Part shown: positions 26,147 to 39,952 of the stretch, piece by piece | Layout: every line of letters starts with the position of its first letter | Numbering within the stretch: position 1 is the first letter of the stretch | NCBI RefSeq assembly: GCF_006345805.1 | Contig: NC_043002.1 | Location: 111,228,001-111,292,000 of the forward strand | DNA: 64,000 nucleotides | Direction of reading: 5' to 3' | Source of the DNA: Octopus sinensis | Taxonomy: Eukaryota | Translations under genes and position numbers: made by a program | Notes under the pieces: model-generated | The model's input: the letters and a program-made list of their open reading frames with translations, nothing else | Database searches by the model: none | What the model was told of the DNA's origin: nothing

Positions 26147-26808
26147 GTAGATATATATATATATATATAAAAGAAAAAAAAAAGGATTAAAAAATCCAGG
26201 CAGATATCAATAAAGCACTCAGTTTTGGTTACCTATATCTAACAATCAGACACTAGTAAATGTAAGTAGAATATACATCCAAAGTAATTCCTTGTGTATG
26301 ACAAGTAAATCCAAATATCATTTACAAGAATTTTTCGAAAAATTCAGCATATTTGAAAACAAAAATACATATAGAGAAATTCACATCTTTATTGTAGAAT
26401 TCATCTTATAAAGCCGACAATTGTTTCTATTGTATTAATATATTTAGATATAGAAAATACCATTGAAATTTCTGAAAATATATGTTAACATAACATTTTA
26501 AAGTGCATGAAATTCTACATGAGCTAATGAATTATTTCCAGCACATGAACGCCTTCAAAGAGAGCATTGAGAAGGCATTTCTGTACTTAACTATTGGTGA
26601 TGTCACTGGATAATGAAAGAATAAAAAAAATAAACATAAGAATTCTACATAATGACAGTTAGAAACATAGAGAAATACAATCTAAAAAAGGATATTTTTG
26701 TATTCAATTATTGGTGACATCATTGGATAACTAAAGAATAAAACAATAAACATCAGAATTCTATGTTACAACAATTAAAAACATAGCAATTTTATGTCAT
26801 GACAGAGA

Positions 26809-27136
26809 GGAAGCACTCCGTCGGTTACGACGATGAGGGTTCCGGTTGATCCGCATCAACGGAACAGCCTGCTCGTGAAATTAACGTGTAAGTGGCTGAG
26901 CACTCCACAGACACATAGTTCTCGGGGATATTCAGCGTGACACAGAGAGTGACAAGGCCAGCCCTTTGAAATACAGGTACAACAGAAACAGGAAGTAAGA
27001 GTGAGAGAAAGTTGTGGTGAAAGAGTACAGCAGGGATCACCACCATCCCTGCCGGAGCCTCGTGGAGCTTTAGGTGTTTTCGCTCAATAAACACTCACAA
27101 CGTCCGCTGTCCTAACCACTGGACCATTGCACCTCC
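26809..27136 (-). mobile_element. SINE family A with two internal deletions
   Basis: Reverse complement of 18539-18923, lacking the B-box segment and about 14 bp of body. Confidence 0.88.
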
Positions 27137-28560
27137 ACAATTAGTTATCTATTTATTAAATGTAAACTAATAAAAGATTTTAGAAAAAAAATTCTTGTGT
27201 ATGTGTTTGTTTGCATTCTTGTCTTTACATCCAGTGGTGACTGTAAACAGGCATCGCTGCCATACACAACATGATGTTCATTTTCAAGCTTCCAAGGAAA
27301 ACATGTCTGGCATAGGGAAATATTACCTTGCTTGGTAATAGATGAGGGTTAGCAACAGGAAAGGCATCTGGCTGTAGAAAATCTGCCTCAACAAATTCTG
27401 TCTGACCCATACAAGCATGAAAAAGTTAGCATTAAATGATGTGTGTGTATTTGGGATGATATTTTCTAGATTTCTAGCTTCTTGTCCTAGAGGCTCTCAT
27501 TTTTAAATAAATCACTAGTTTGGTGAATGCTTGAGGGTAATGGACTTCAGTTTATCAAACACCATAGATTTAATGGCAAGGCTGACCAAGATGATTAGAT
27601 TACCATATTACTGAAGCAGCTTATCTAGAACAACTAGAGTAGTTGAACACAGAACTGCAAAGTTATAAAACATATTTTCAGCTGTGAGCCATTCCTATTC
27701 TGTCATATTTATTTATCGTTAGATTATATTGGTCATTCAATAATTATAGTACCAGAAACAGGATATGAATCAATAGCTCCATAGTTGTCCAGTACGGAAT
27801 TGTCCTCATTCCCATTAACTAGAATGTAACAACTTTTTATTGAATTCTTTTTACTTAATATATTTATTGTTCAGAATGGATGACTTTCAGAAACGTTTTA
27901 CTGTAGTAACTAGTTTTCTTATTTGATTTTTTTATATTTATTTTCTGTAATAATAAACCTTCTATTTAGCCATTTCACCTGAAACAGGTTGTAAATTAAG
28001 GTGAATTAAGCAATCAAAACCACCTTTATTTTTGAAAGTCAAACTGTGTCGCCTGTATAAGCACAGATCTTTATTATTTTATGAGGTTAATGGCATTAGC
28101 TATGGATGTGGAAGAGTGTAAATGGTTTGCTCTTTGATTCTAAAAACAAATAAATAATTGTATTTTTGTTTGTAAGAAATGAAGTGTTGCCATGGCTGCA
28201 ACTCACAAAAAAAGAAATTAATGCTGAACATTTGATGACTGACATGAAAACCTTACAAAACATCCGAAGATGCATTTTTCAAGTTTGCATCTCCCATCAA
28301 TAGTTATTGCATTCAAGCTTTCTGAAGGAAAAACACAGCAGAACATACTTATCTTGTGCTCAGTGTTTTTGTATAGAGAGAAAGAAAGATTAGGAATGGC
28401 AGTCATAATAACATACTTAAAGGTTTTAGACAGTAACAGTCTTCTAAAATTTTCATTTTCTTCCATTTTTATTCACATTTAGAAAACATTGCATTTCTTG
28501 GAAGCCTGTTTAAGAAAATCTGTAGAGAGAGGAGTTTACTTAAGATGTGTAGCTATTGAA

Positions 28561-28781
28561 CCCTTTAGTGTTTAAACTGGCCAAATCCGGCCCAATATAT
28601 TCTACATGTTTTATATTCAAACTGGTGATATCTAACCTCTCACACCTAACCTACAATGCCATTCTAAAAATAAACAATCACATCATTGAAACCTCAAAGC
28701 TGTGAGATAATCCAGGATTAATCCGAAACAATTTGAGTGAAAAAGTATTACATTTAACAGAGTAATCTGAACACTAAAGGG
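28561..28781 (+). mobile_element. piggyBac-like MITE family E
   Basis: tgaa|ccctttagt...actaaaggg|ttaa. Confidence 0.8.
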
Positions 28782-30537
28782 TTAAACTAATTTATCACCA
28801 TTTTACTATTTCACTGTATATGCACGTTCAAATGTATTCATTGGCTTATTCTTATATAAAGATATTTGTAACCTGCAGGTTGTGTTTTAGCATTAAAAAC
28901 AAATGTATAGTTTACTTCGCAAAATAAATCTACTTTTATGTATATAAGGCAGTTTTTATTTTCTGATAAATAAAATTATTGACTTCTTAGAGGCAAACAA
29001 CATTTTTGGTCCATCCTAGTTTTTATAATTATCATGCTATTAATATTTCATCTCAATAATAAATAGTGCTTATTTTAAATAGGAGAGATGAAAAGTTAAT
29101 CTTGTGGGATAGTAGGCATTCATTTATATTTTCTGGTTAGTATTATGTGACTCATTGTTATTGATTAATCAGAAATGGTTGAATTAAATGAAGGATGCAG
29201 CTGTGTGTTCCAGTTCATTTCAGTGCTGTTATTTAGATTGAAAATAACAGCCACTAAATACCAAAGTGTTAAAACAGGACGCCCTGTTGTCCTCTGCTCA
29301 CTCAGCTCCTTTGATGATGATGATTACTGCTGCTTCTACTGAATTACTTTGTTTGCAGTGTGTCAATACTGTGAGAGAAATCATTTCCAGTTGATTTGCA
29401 CTATAGATTGATTATGTGTATTAAACCTTATCATTTAGTTCTCTTATACATTTGTGTGCAATACCATTGTACAATGTATACATATAGGGATGTATAAGGG
29501 GGCACTTTCAGCATTATTTTATCTGAATGTTGTCTGAAGCCTAATCATAAAACTCATTGATAAATTCATGTCTGTTAGAAATATAATGTTTAAACTAATC
29601 TTTTGTGATTTTTGGAAGGTTTTTTTTTTTGTTCTTTTGTTATTGCAAATCAAATAATCTGATAAAATGATAATCTTAAAAGTACTAAAACTACAGAAAA
29701 TTCAGTTCTTTTGAAAGTTTTGCAAATAGAAATTTCTTCAAAATCTGGATTTAGATAATAAAAAAATTATTAATATTGTGTAGTGTCTTTGCCATTATAT
29801 TGTTTTAAGATAATATGATATTATACATTTATAGACCTTATCTGTAAACCATTTTTAGACATTTTTATTTATAATTGTAAAAATAATAATAATGATAATA
29901 TTGTGATTTTAAGGAAAAGAATTATTGATATTTTGAATATTTTTCATTCAGACCATTAATTCATTTGGGTTATATTAATGTATTGAATTTGTTATTGTTG
30001 CATTTTGAGTAGTATCTGATAGTGTTTTTTTTTATTAATCCTTATTACAACATATTGTAACTATTTCATTGACTAAATATGTTTATCCTAGGGTTGATTT
30101 CTCTGTTCAAATGTATCAGTAATATTCCTTATAAATTTATCATTTTCCCGCTTGATACTGGAACTATTATTTGGTACTAAAATTTTTTTATTAATTCTAG
30201 ATCTATATTTTCCTCCACACTCTGTATTCTTGTATCAATTAACTGTTCATCTCTAATATCTACATTTTCTCAAATAAGTAAAAGAATCTGAAATTTTCTC
30301 AAATAAGTAAAATAATCCAATTGTTTTTTTCTTTTTCTTTTTTTTTATCATTTTTTTTTTCATTCACTGCAATACAATCATTATTGATTATGTGCTCTTG
30401 AAGAAAAACAAAGGAATTAATATGTTAAGTGCTATGAAAATATGCCTGATACAAAGTGATAAGAGTTGCTGATTAATCAGTTTTCAGATCATGTTGGCTG
30501 TCTACTCATTAATAGTATATATTGTTTCCATTATTAG

Positions 30538-30656
30538 AATTACTGGATACATCCCTATGTGATAATCCAAGTTGCCAGCAGGATGATACTGTATGGACTA
30601 ATAACCAATTTAAACCAATAAGAGATAAAGCATGCCGAACCCGGTTGGAGCCAGGG
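30538..30656 (+). CDS. ARHGAP35: p190 RhoGAP linker exon (ELLDTSLCDNP...RLEPG)
   Basis: ccattattag|AA...GGG|gtaaga, phase 1-0. Confidence 0.75.
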
Positions 30657-30768
30657 GTAAGACTGATATCTAACAAACTCTTTATATACTATTTGTTTCT
30701 ATTATTTTTTGTCTACATTGATGAGCATGAAATACATACATATGTGTATGTGTGTGTGTGTCTGTGAG

Positions 30769-30799
<31 letters not shown>

Positions 30800-32539
30800 G
30801 CATACATACATACATTTTCTCTCTCTCACATACACATAATGTATCTGCCCAGCTGTAAAATATACACCATGTATTCACCATGTATTTGTACTGCTATGTC
30901 ACCCTGTCATACACCAAGCTTGTTGTGTAGATATAATCTTTATGCATCATCCTTAACACTTAGAATAGATTGTTTTAATGGTTCCTTACTATAGACTAAT
31001 TGTATGATGTATGCGTACTTCTCTCTCTCTCTCTCTCTCTCTTTCTATGTATATATATATGTGTGTGTATATAGTTTAAAATTTTTCATTCCGTAGATGA
31101 TTTTTAGTGTCTAACCCTTTTTTTTTATTCCAGACAATGATTTATATTATTTAAGTGTCTAGTATGCTATGGCCATTGCATGTGTTTGCTGCACAAACAC
31201 CAATAGATTTGAGCTTCTTTGAAATTCCTTCTTTTTCCTGTCTTTGACTGCAAATAAAACTACTTTTATATTCCTGTAACTTTCAAAGCCATTGTGATGA
31301 AAACTTCTTTACCACTTGTAGTTACAGCTTCCTTTAGATATGTTCCTTTAATCAGAAATATCCACCATAAAAACACCGTTTAACCTTCTGTGTCTTTACA
31401 TTTCCTACACCCTCCTCATTCTCTTTATGTCTCTATCTTTGCTGCGTCATTTGCTGCTTACCTATTGCTGTAAGATTTGATTTTTACTTGAAATTCTTTC
31501 AGATTTCCATTGTAATATTTATATACTCACTCACGCACACACACACATATTTTTCTTATTATACTAGTTGGTTTTTAATCAAACCATCAATTTGATTTTT
31601 TTATAAAACTAAGAAGAATAATGTCTCTTAAAAATCCTTCCTTTTTTTTTTTTATGAATTTAATAAACCATGCAGTTGTTTTAATTCAATTTCTGCCAAC
31701 ACTGTAATGAATGCGTGAATGTGAAGGGACCGTGTTGCTTCTATGAAGGAATCAAGTGAGCATATGGTGTTGCAGAAAGTAAGCTTGGGAAAATGAACAT
31801 TTTTACAATTAATAGTTCTCATGTGAAAACTTAACACTATTCAAGATTAAAAAGCTAATAAGATAGTCCCTAAATACAAACAGCCAGTCCCTAAATACAA
31901 ACAGCCACTATGGAGCCTTTGTTAATAATACAATAGCACTAACATACACAAACACCTCACCTTTTCTGAGCACACATGCATTGTTTAAAATGAAATAAAA
32001 TCTACACATCAGCAAGTTTGCCATTTGATACAGTCACTCATACAACCTGCAACAGACTTTAATTGAGGGCATCTAACCAGTAAACTGAAACTATGATCAC
32101 CAGTATGTAATCATCAGTTGTCTTATTCAAATAATCTTTATTCTATTGTAATGCCTAATTTGAGCTAAACAAATTCTGGTTATGTTTTGTTCAATTATTT
32201 CTTCAAGTTGTTTCCTTTTAATAAACTGCTTGATTTGTTTTGATTTGTATTAAGTCCCTACAACCAATATTCACAACATTTTTTTTTTTAAATATCAATG
32301 GTATTATGCATCTAATAGAGGTCCCTTGATGTAAAAGAATCAAATTGAATTTCATCTTACTATTTGAGTTGAATTAATCCCAAGTTGTTAAGAAGAAAAA
32401 AAGGAAGAAAGAAAGAAAGAAATCAGTAGTATCTAAATGCATATGTCATCATGTTCAGTTTTCCAAAAAACAATATTGTTTGTATGTAAGAAATGGGAGT
32501 CGAGCAGTCCTTTCAATATTACTGATATCTATTAAATTT

Positions 32540-33105
32540 AATAATAATAATAATAATGAAATTATTGTATACAGTGCTCAGGTGCACCACAACTTGTCAG
32601 AAAGTGCATATAAAGTTCATGCAGTAATGTACAAATGTCTGGAAAGCGAACAATGTATGAGTCAGATACATGCTTGTGTGTGTATGGAGGGGAGAAAATC
32701 AGGTGTAGTGTTGGCGAATCTCAGGAAGCATGGAAGTTTTGAAGGATGCAGTGCTCTGACAACTAACAACTGATGCCGACAGTTTGTTCCATGCTTCAGC
32801 AATTCTCAGCGTGAAAAAATGTTTCCTGAAGTCATGGGAGCTGTGCTGTTTTCTGACTTTGTAAATATGTCCACGGGTGTTAGACGGGTGGAGTTTGAAA
32901 AGGTGCTCAGAGTTATTGTTTGTACGATGGTTGATAATTTTATGGGTGTCTGCCAAGTCAGCTGCCAGACGTCGGAGTTTCAATGTGTCCATGCCCAGGG
33001 AAGTAAGGCGTTCAGGATATGGCAAATGCCTGATGGAGGGTATTCTTTTGGTTGCACGTTGCTGAACAGCTTCCAGACGATTGATATCCTGGGCAAGATA
33101 CAAGT
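32540..33105 (-). mobile_element. CR1-type LINE 3' fragment
   Basis: ORF 32699-33103 INRLEAVQQRATKRIP...YPERL..LGMDTLKLRR...FFTLRIAEAWNKL; (ATT)n tail. Confidence 0.88.
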
Positions 33106-33336
33106 TACCTGCTCTCTTTCAGCTGTGAACAGAAGTTCATTGCTGACGTATATTAACACACTCTTCAGAGGACATAGCTCCATAGAAATGTAATTAATGT
33201 GACTTATTCAATTCCAGTTAACATAACAATAATAATTAGATTTGTTGTTTTCTTTACTTTAAGATAGATTGCAGAGCCTAAACTAATTTACTTTCTAATC
33301 TATTTGTGATACAAATTTAAGCAAAAAACAAAAAAT

Positions 33337-33729
33337 AGGCGCAGGAGTGGCTGTGTGGTAAGTAGCTTGTTTACCAACCACATGGTTCCGGGTTCAGTCC
33401 CACTGCGTGGAACCTTGGGCAAGTGTCTTCTACTATAGCCTCGGGCCAACCAAAGCCTTGTGAGTGGATTTGGTAGACGGAAACTGAAAGAAGCCCGTCG
33501 TATATATGTATATATATATGTGTGTGCGTGTGTCTGTATTTGTCCCCCTAGCATTGCTTGACAACCGATGCTGGTGTGCTTATGTCCCCGTTACTTAGCG
33601 GTTCGGCAAAAGAGACTGATAGAATAAGTACTGGGCTTACAAAAGAATAAGTCCCAGGGTCAAGTTGCTCGATTAAAGGCGGTGCTCCAGCATGGCCGCA
33701 GTCAAATGACTGAAACCAGTAAAAGAGAG
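33337..33729 (+). mobile_element. SINE family B (tRNA head, CORE-like accttgggcaagtgtctt, internal microsatellite)
   Basis: First of nine + copies: 33337, 34117, 39011, 40553, 43515, 47589, 51109, 56966, 61458. The CORE assignment is from recalled resemblance. Confidence 0.88.
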
Positions 33730-34058
33730 AATGTACACAATAAAAAATAATCTACTAGAAATATTTTATTGCTCATAAAATTCCTGGAAGTTATTATTTA
33801 TTCCACACATTTTATTGTAACTACTACTCAGTTGTTTGACTATGGTCAGATGTTATCCATGATCTTACCTTGGCAGAGGGGTGGGGGAGATAAATGGGTG
33901 TTGTGATGTCTTTATATATATGGGATGTGTGTGTACGTTCTATGCATAAATATGTATAGATATATATATATATTTATATATATATATATATACACATATA
34001 TGTGTGTGTATATATATATATATGTGTGTGTGTATATATATGTGTGTGTATGTATATA

Positions 34059-34116
<58 letters not shown>

Positions 34117-34117
<1 letters not shown>

Positions 34118-34282
34118 GATGCAGGAGTGGCTGTGTGGTAAGTAGCTTGCTTACCAACCATATGGTTCTGGGTTCAGTCCCACTGCGTGGCACCTTGGGC
34201 AAATGTCTTCAACTATTACTTCAGGCCGACCAAAGCCTTGTGAGTGGATTTGGTAGACGGAAACTGAAAGAAGCCCATCGTA

Positions 34283-34330
<48 letters not shown>

Positions 34331-34534
34331 CATGTTTGTGTGTCTGTATTTGTCCTCCCAACATCGCTTTACAACCGATGCTGGTGTGTTTACGTCCCCG
34401 TAACTTAGCAGTTCGGCAAAAAAGAGACCAATAAAATAAGTACTAGGCTTACAAAGAATAAGTCTCTGGGTCGATGCTCGACTAAAGGTGGTGCTCCAGC
34501 ATGGCCGCAGTCAAATGACAAACAAGTAAAAGAG
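34117..34534 (+). mobile_element. SINE family B
   Basis: Matches 33337-33729; inserted after a long (TA)n/(TG)n tract. Confidence 0.88.
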
Positions 34535-34547
34535 TATATATATATGT

Positions 34548-35296
34548 GTAACATCAGAGACTTTGGAGTAACTGTGGACAACAACATAAGCTGAGCTACA
34601 CATATAAGCAGCAAAGTTGACATAGCCCGCAGAATGTGTTCCTGGATTCTCAGAACCTTCGAGAGATTCCCACACCATGATCCTTCTCTTATCCACTTTT
34701 GCCCGACCCTACCTTGAATACTGCTGTCCAGTGTGGTCTCCCTACACAAAACAAAATATTATGAGAATTGAAGCTCCCCAAAGGTCAATCACAAAAAAGA
34801 TAGATGGCATGTCAGACCTTGACTACTGGGGTAGACTAGAGAAGCTGAAACTGTATTCACTCCAACGACGCCGTGAACGCTACATTATCTGTATGATGTG
34901 GAAAATATTCCATCAGCACTGTCCGAATGATGTTGGCATCACCTTCAAAATACATCCAAGGCTTGGACCACGTGCCATCCGTCCACAACAAAAATCTAAA
35001 TCGCATCACATAACAACAATACGGCACAATTATTTCACCTCAACTGGACCCGCTCTCTTCAACATTACACCAGGACACGTCAAAAAAGAAACTGACCACA
35101 CAAAATTCAAGAAGTCTTTGAACAAATTCCTTCAAACAGTCCCGGACAAACCACCCACACCCGGATATGTCTCTATAAACAATAACTCTCTGCTCGAATG
35201 GGCCTTAGTGCCCAAATCCTGAATTCAAAGACTTCGCCAGGTGGTGCTATTAAGTTAGACATGGCCTGGGCCAATACTGGCCAAAACCTTTCTAAG
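34548..35296 (+). mobile_element. CR1-type LINE 3' fragment (second family)
   Basis: RDFGVTVD...; RPYLEYCCPVWSP...YWGRLEKLKLYSLQRRRERY; a stop and a frameshift upstream of 34677. Confidence 0.88.
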
Positions 35297-37585
35297 TTTT
35301 TTTTTTTTTTTCAGCTCAGAGCTGTGGCCTTGCTGATGCACTGCCATTTTGTGCTACACTGTTATTACTAAGCGCCACCTCTAATATGTGGGACTTGGTG
35401 AAGAATGGAGTTTCATATAGCTACCCTCATTTGCACCTCTTGCCGTGAGGTAGGTTCATCTGGGACTCTTGACAGGAAGATGTCTAGCTTTGATTTAAAA
35501 ACCGCTACATCTACTTTGTGCAAGTTCCTCAGACTCTTTGGGAGAATATTAAAAAGCTGTGGGCCCTTGAAACCCAGGCTGTTGCAGTAGCTGGTCCTGA
35601 TGCATGATGGCATTGCTGTGATCTTTGGCACTATGCAGTATCGCCCCATTCTAGCATTGGTGTAGCTTACAATGCCAAAATTTGGCACAATTCCTTCTGG
35701 GATCTTCCAGATATATATTACTGCATACCTCTCCCGTCTTCTCTCCAGGGAGTAGAGTCTTAGCTGTTTCAACCTTTCCCAGTAGCTGAGCTGTTGCAAA
35801 GAGACGATCTTCTTTGTGAATCTTCTCTGGATTGCTTCAAGGTCCGCTGTTAATTTCACACTGGTGGGTGACCATAGCTGTGAGCAGTAATCCAGGTGGC
35901 TGAGGACGAATGTCCGCCAGAGGACCATCATGGTTTCCTTATCTCTGGTTCTGAATGTTCTTAGGATCCATACAGCCAGTCATCTGCACTTTGTCGCCAT
36001 CCTGGTAATATACACTTGGAAAGAGGTATCATCACTCATGTCGATACCCAGGTCCCTCACAGACTTAGGCTCTGGGATTGAAATTCCCTGTGGACCGGTG
36101 TATCCTGTAAGTTTAATATTCAGTTTTGGATGCTGGTAGCGCAGGGCCTGGAATTTTTCAGCATTAAACTGCATATTATTATCCTCAGCCCATCTGTAGA
36201 TTGAGTCCAACTCCTGCTGCAGGTGTGCAACATCGCTGGGGTTCTGTATTTTCTGCAAGACTTTCGTATCGTCTGCATAGCTTGCCAGAGTAGCTATCCG
36301 GGCATTTGAGGGCATATCTGAGAGGGCCACTATAAAAAGCAGTGGTCCCAAGACAGTGCCCTGTGGAACACCGCTCACTATTTGTGTGTTCATAGAGGTG
36401 GCTCCATTAACCACTGCTGCCTGACTCCTATCTTTCAGGAAGTCATGTAACCACACTCCAAGTTTTCCAGCTATGCCGAGGTCACGCAGTTTGTGGCATA
36501 TCATACCATAATCCACCTTGTCAAAAGCTTTTGCAAAATCAAGGTATATTACGTCCACATTTGATTTGTTGAGTAAAGACACTTTTGAACTGGTCATTCA
36601 GTATCTCACTGATTTTAGTTGGACTGTCTGTGAGGGAGCCATCGTTTTGGAGGAGAGGTCCCTATCTTGTAGTGTACTGAAACTGTTTCTTTCGCATAAT
36701 GAAAGAAGGCCTTTGGGTTTGACTTAATGTTTTTTATAACCCAGGCTTCTTTGTCTGCTTTCTCCTTCACATAGGATTGTTGCAGGCTTTTTTCGATCTC
36801 TATCAGTGTTGTTTTTAGGCGGGATGTTGGTTGAGTCGATTTGAAACCTTCGTCTGTCGTCTCATGAGGATCTTCCTCTCTTTTGGAATCTTGCTCCTAT
36901 TTGTTTTGGCCTTGTGCTCTGGGACATATTTCTAGCATACGTCTTGCACAGAAGACATGAAACATTCTAGTTTCATGTCAATGTCTGGTGTGAAGAGACA
37001 TTTTGGCCAGTCCTCTCTGAGGATCTCTTTTTGGATCGATTTCCAATCTGCTTTGTGGAAGTTCAGATTGGAGAGATTTCAGGTGCTTCCTTTAGGCTGT
37101 ATGTCTCTGGTTACTTTTGGCCCAAACATAGACAGCTCTATTATGTTGTGATCCGAGACTAATGTCGGTGTCACTTTCACATCATGAATGATGTCCATAT
37201 TGTTTGTGAAGCAGAGATCCAGAATGTTATTCGCCCTAGTTGGTTTGAGTACAACTTGCTCCATGAATAAGGCATTGGTGAGGTTGAGCAGGGACTCACC
37301 TGTACTTGCTTGCAATGATTCATTCCTGAGAGTATGAGACCTTCGGACATTTGACGTTGGGGAAGTTGAAATCACCCATAAGAAATATGGTCACATGGTG
37401 TTCCAGATTCATGAGGATTTCTTTCATTCTTGTGAGGCAATCTTCAAACTTGCCTGTGCGATTTGGGGCACCCGGTGGGCAATATGTATTGCATATGACT
37501 ATATTATGTTGTCTTATGTATACAATTAAAGTGTCACATGAGTATGTCATTAAGACCTGGGGTGTGAGGTCATCTCGGAGAGACA
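35297..37585 (-). mobile_element. Degraded CR1-type LINE ORF2 (APE endonuclease + RT), 5'-truncated, internal deletion near 36600, poly(A) tail
   Basis: APE motifs YCPP, MGDFNFP, PTR..LDL, SDH; RT motifs YLDFAKAFDKV, GVPQGTVLGPLLF, YADDT; poly(T) on + at 35297-35311. Confidence 0.92.
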
Positions 37586-37910
37586 GAGTGAAGGAGAAGA
37601 GGGGAAGAGAAAGAGAGGCAGAGTGAAGGAGAGGAGGGGAAGAGAAAGAGAAACAGAGAGAGGGAGAGGATAGCAAGAGAAAGAGAGACAGAGTGAAGGA
37701 GAGACAGGATGAAGGATGTGAGAGAGACGGAGTGAGAAGAATGGGCAAATGAGAAAAGAGGAGGATATGAAACGGAGGGAGAGAGATGAGAAAAAGAGTA
37801 AGATATGCAAGAGAGAGGGAAAGAGTAAGCGTAAAGAGAGATAAAGGAAGGGAGAAAGGAGCTGGAAGTGGGGGAATATATGTAAGGGAGAAGAGAGTGA
37901 GGAAATGAAA
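37586..37910. repeat. GA-rich polypurine low-complexity tract
   Basis: Almost pure purine on +, with recurring cagagtgaaggaga. Confidence 0.8.
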
Positions 37911-38379
37911 GAAATATATAATTCTAAACTAATTACGATTATATTTCTAACTCAGTTGTAGCTCAGGTGTTAGCTTAAATTACAGGAAAATAAAGAAATG
38001 AAAAGGATTTTTAAATATTAGTTATATAGAGATGAAATGAAAGATAGATTGAAAGCGAAACAGAAATTGAAAGAAAGTTATTCTCAGAAGTAAACAAAGA
38101 TGGCGTCGTAAATCGTAACTGAGATGTTAGCTTACCTTAAAGGAAAATAAACAAACAAATGAAAACAATACTTATCGTAAAAGGTACAGTCCAAATCCTC
38201 GTGCTTGTACGAAGAAGTTTTCTTTCAAAAAAGAAAAGAGAACAATTCTTTTTCCTTCTTACATTTGGCTGGAGATAAATTAAAGACTTGCCACCAGGTG
38301 CTTTTTCGCTGAAGAATCTAGCATGCGTAACTAACTTTAATGTATTATATTTGGCTTCAAGCGAAATATATTACGTTTT

Positions 38380-38430
38380 TAATTGATATATGTATATATG
38401 TGTGTTTATATATGTATATATATGTGTGGG

Positions 38431-38467
<37 letters not shown>

Positions 38468-38645
38468 GTATGTATATATACTTATATATATATATATATA
38501 CGTGTGTATGTATATATACTTATATATTATATGTATATATACATGTATATGTATATATACGTATACGTATATATACGTATACGTGTATATGTACATATAC
38601 ATATGTGTATATATATATATGTGTGTGTGTGTGTATATATAGAGA
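38380..38645. repeat. (TA)n/(TG)n compound microsatellite
   Basis: Direct reading; source of the YI-rich ORFs. Similar tracts at 12250-12360, 33950-34116, 51820-51930 and 63730-63955. Confidence 0.95.
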
Positions 38646-39010
38646 AAGCAATTAGAAAATGGAGGGGATCAATAGGTGGTTCATCAACTTTTAGAGATTA
38701 TATTATGTCAACTTATTTATTTATTTACTAAAATGACAATTACAAGAATATACATTCATGTATAACATATTATGCTTTACATATAAAATATATTAATATA
38801 TAAAGATACCAGTAATTATTAAAATATAGCACAGAGGAATATAAATTGAGAAAATAACTTACAGCTGTATCAGCTAAGAGGCAAAAATACCTCATTCTAC
38901 ATTTATTCCTTCAGTAGACTGAAGTAATAAGTCGATGAAATTGAGGTACTTGGGTGTTTCTCTAGGCTTCGTCAGAGATTTTATAAAGTACATACGGTTA
39001 AGTTATAAAT

Positions 39011-39405
39011 AGGCGCAGGAGTGGCTGTGTGGTAAGTAGCTTGCTTACCAACCACATGGTTCCGGGTTCAGTCCCACTGCGTGGCATCTTGGGCAAGTGT
39101 CTTCTGCTATAGCCCCGGGCCGACCAATGCCTTGTGAGTGGATTTGGTAGACGGAAACGGAAAGAAGCCTGTCGTATATATATATATGTGTGTGTGTGTG
39201 TGTTTGTGTGTCTGTGTTTGTCCCCCTAGCATTGCTTGACAACTGATGCTGGTGTGTTTACGTCCCTGTAACTTAGTGGTTCGGCAAAAGAGACCGATAA
39301 AATAAGTACTGGGCTTACAAAGAATAAGTCCCGGGGTCGATTTGCTCGACTAAAGGCGGTGCTCCAGCATGGCCGCAGTCAAATGACTGAAACAAGTAAA
39401 AGAGT
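39011..39405 (+). mobile_element. SINE family B
   Basis: Full-length match. Confidence 0.88.
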
Positions 39406-39952
39406 AATATATATATATATATATAATATATATATATATACACACACATATATATATATATATATGTTTTCCTGCATCCTGATTACTGACTTTGGATTAA
39501 ATAACAATACTGTTGCAGATTCCTAAAAAATATGATTTTTAATAATAGTCTGGACATTAAATACTAAATTAATGACCACATAATTATGATATTCACTGCT
39601 TGATCTCATCCCATTCAGTTCTACATTACAAGGAAACTGGTGTTTTCAGACTCGTTAGTACCATTAACTGATTATTTTCTTTACGCTTATAGTGGTCATT
39701 TCTTTCTAAAAATTCTAGTTTCATTACTTGTCTACTTTTCGAAATAATGTATGCATTGTAAATATTTTTATATTAGTTTTCAAATCATATATTTTCTTTT
39801 GGAAAACCTAAATCTTTGCCATTTTGGAATTTTTCAACCTTTTAGCTAAAGATAATTGAATCATTGTTATCAAATGTTAAAATAGTAATTGTGAAAATGA
39901 AAAGTTGTATAATACAGGATCTGAATCTCAATCAATAAAGAAAAGTAGATAT

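Noticed and set aside
26250-26270. 12-nt candidate microexon aatcag|ACACTAGTAAAT|gtaagt
   Set aside because: No polypyrimidine tract; cannot be distinguished from chance.
27875-27906. ttcag|aatggatgactttcag... exon-like start
   Set aside because: Stop codon in the required phase-1 frame and no convincing donor.
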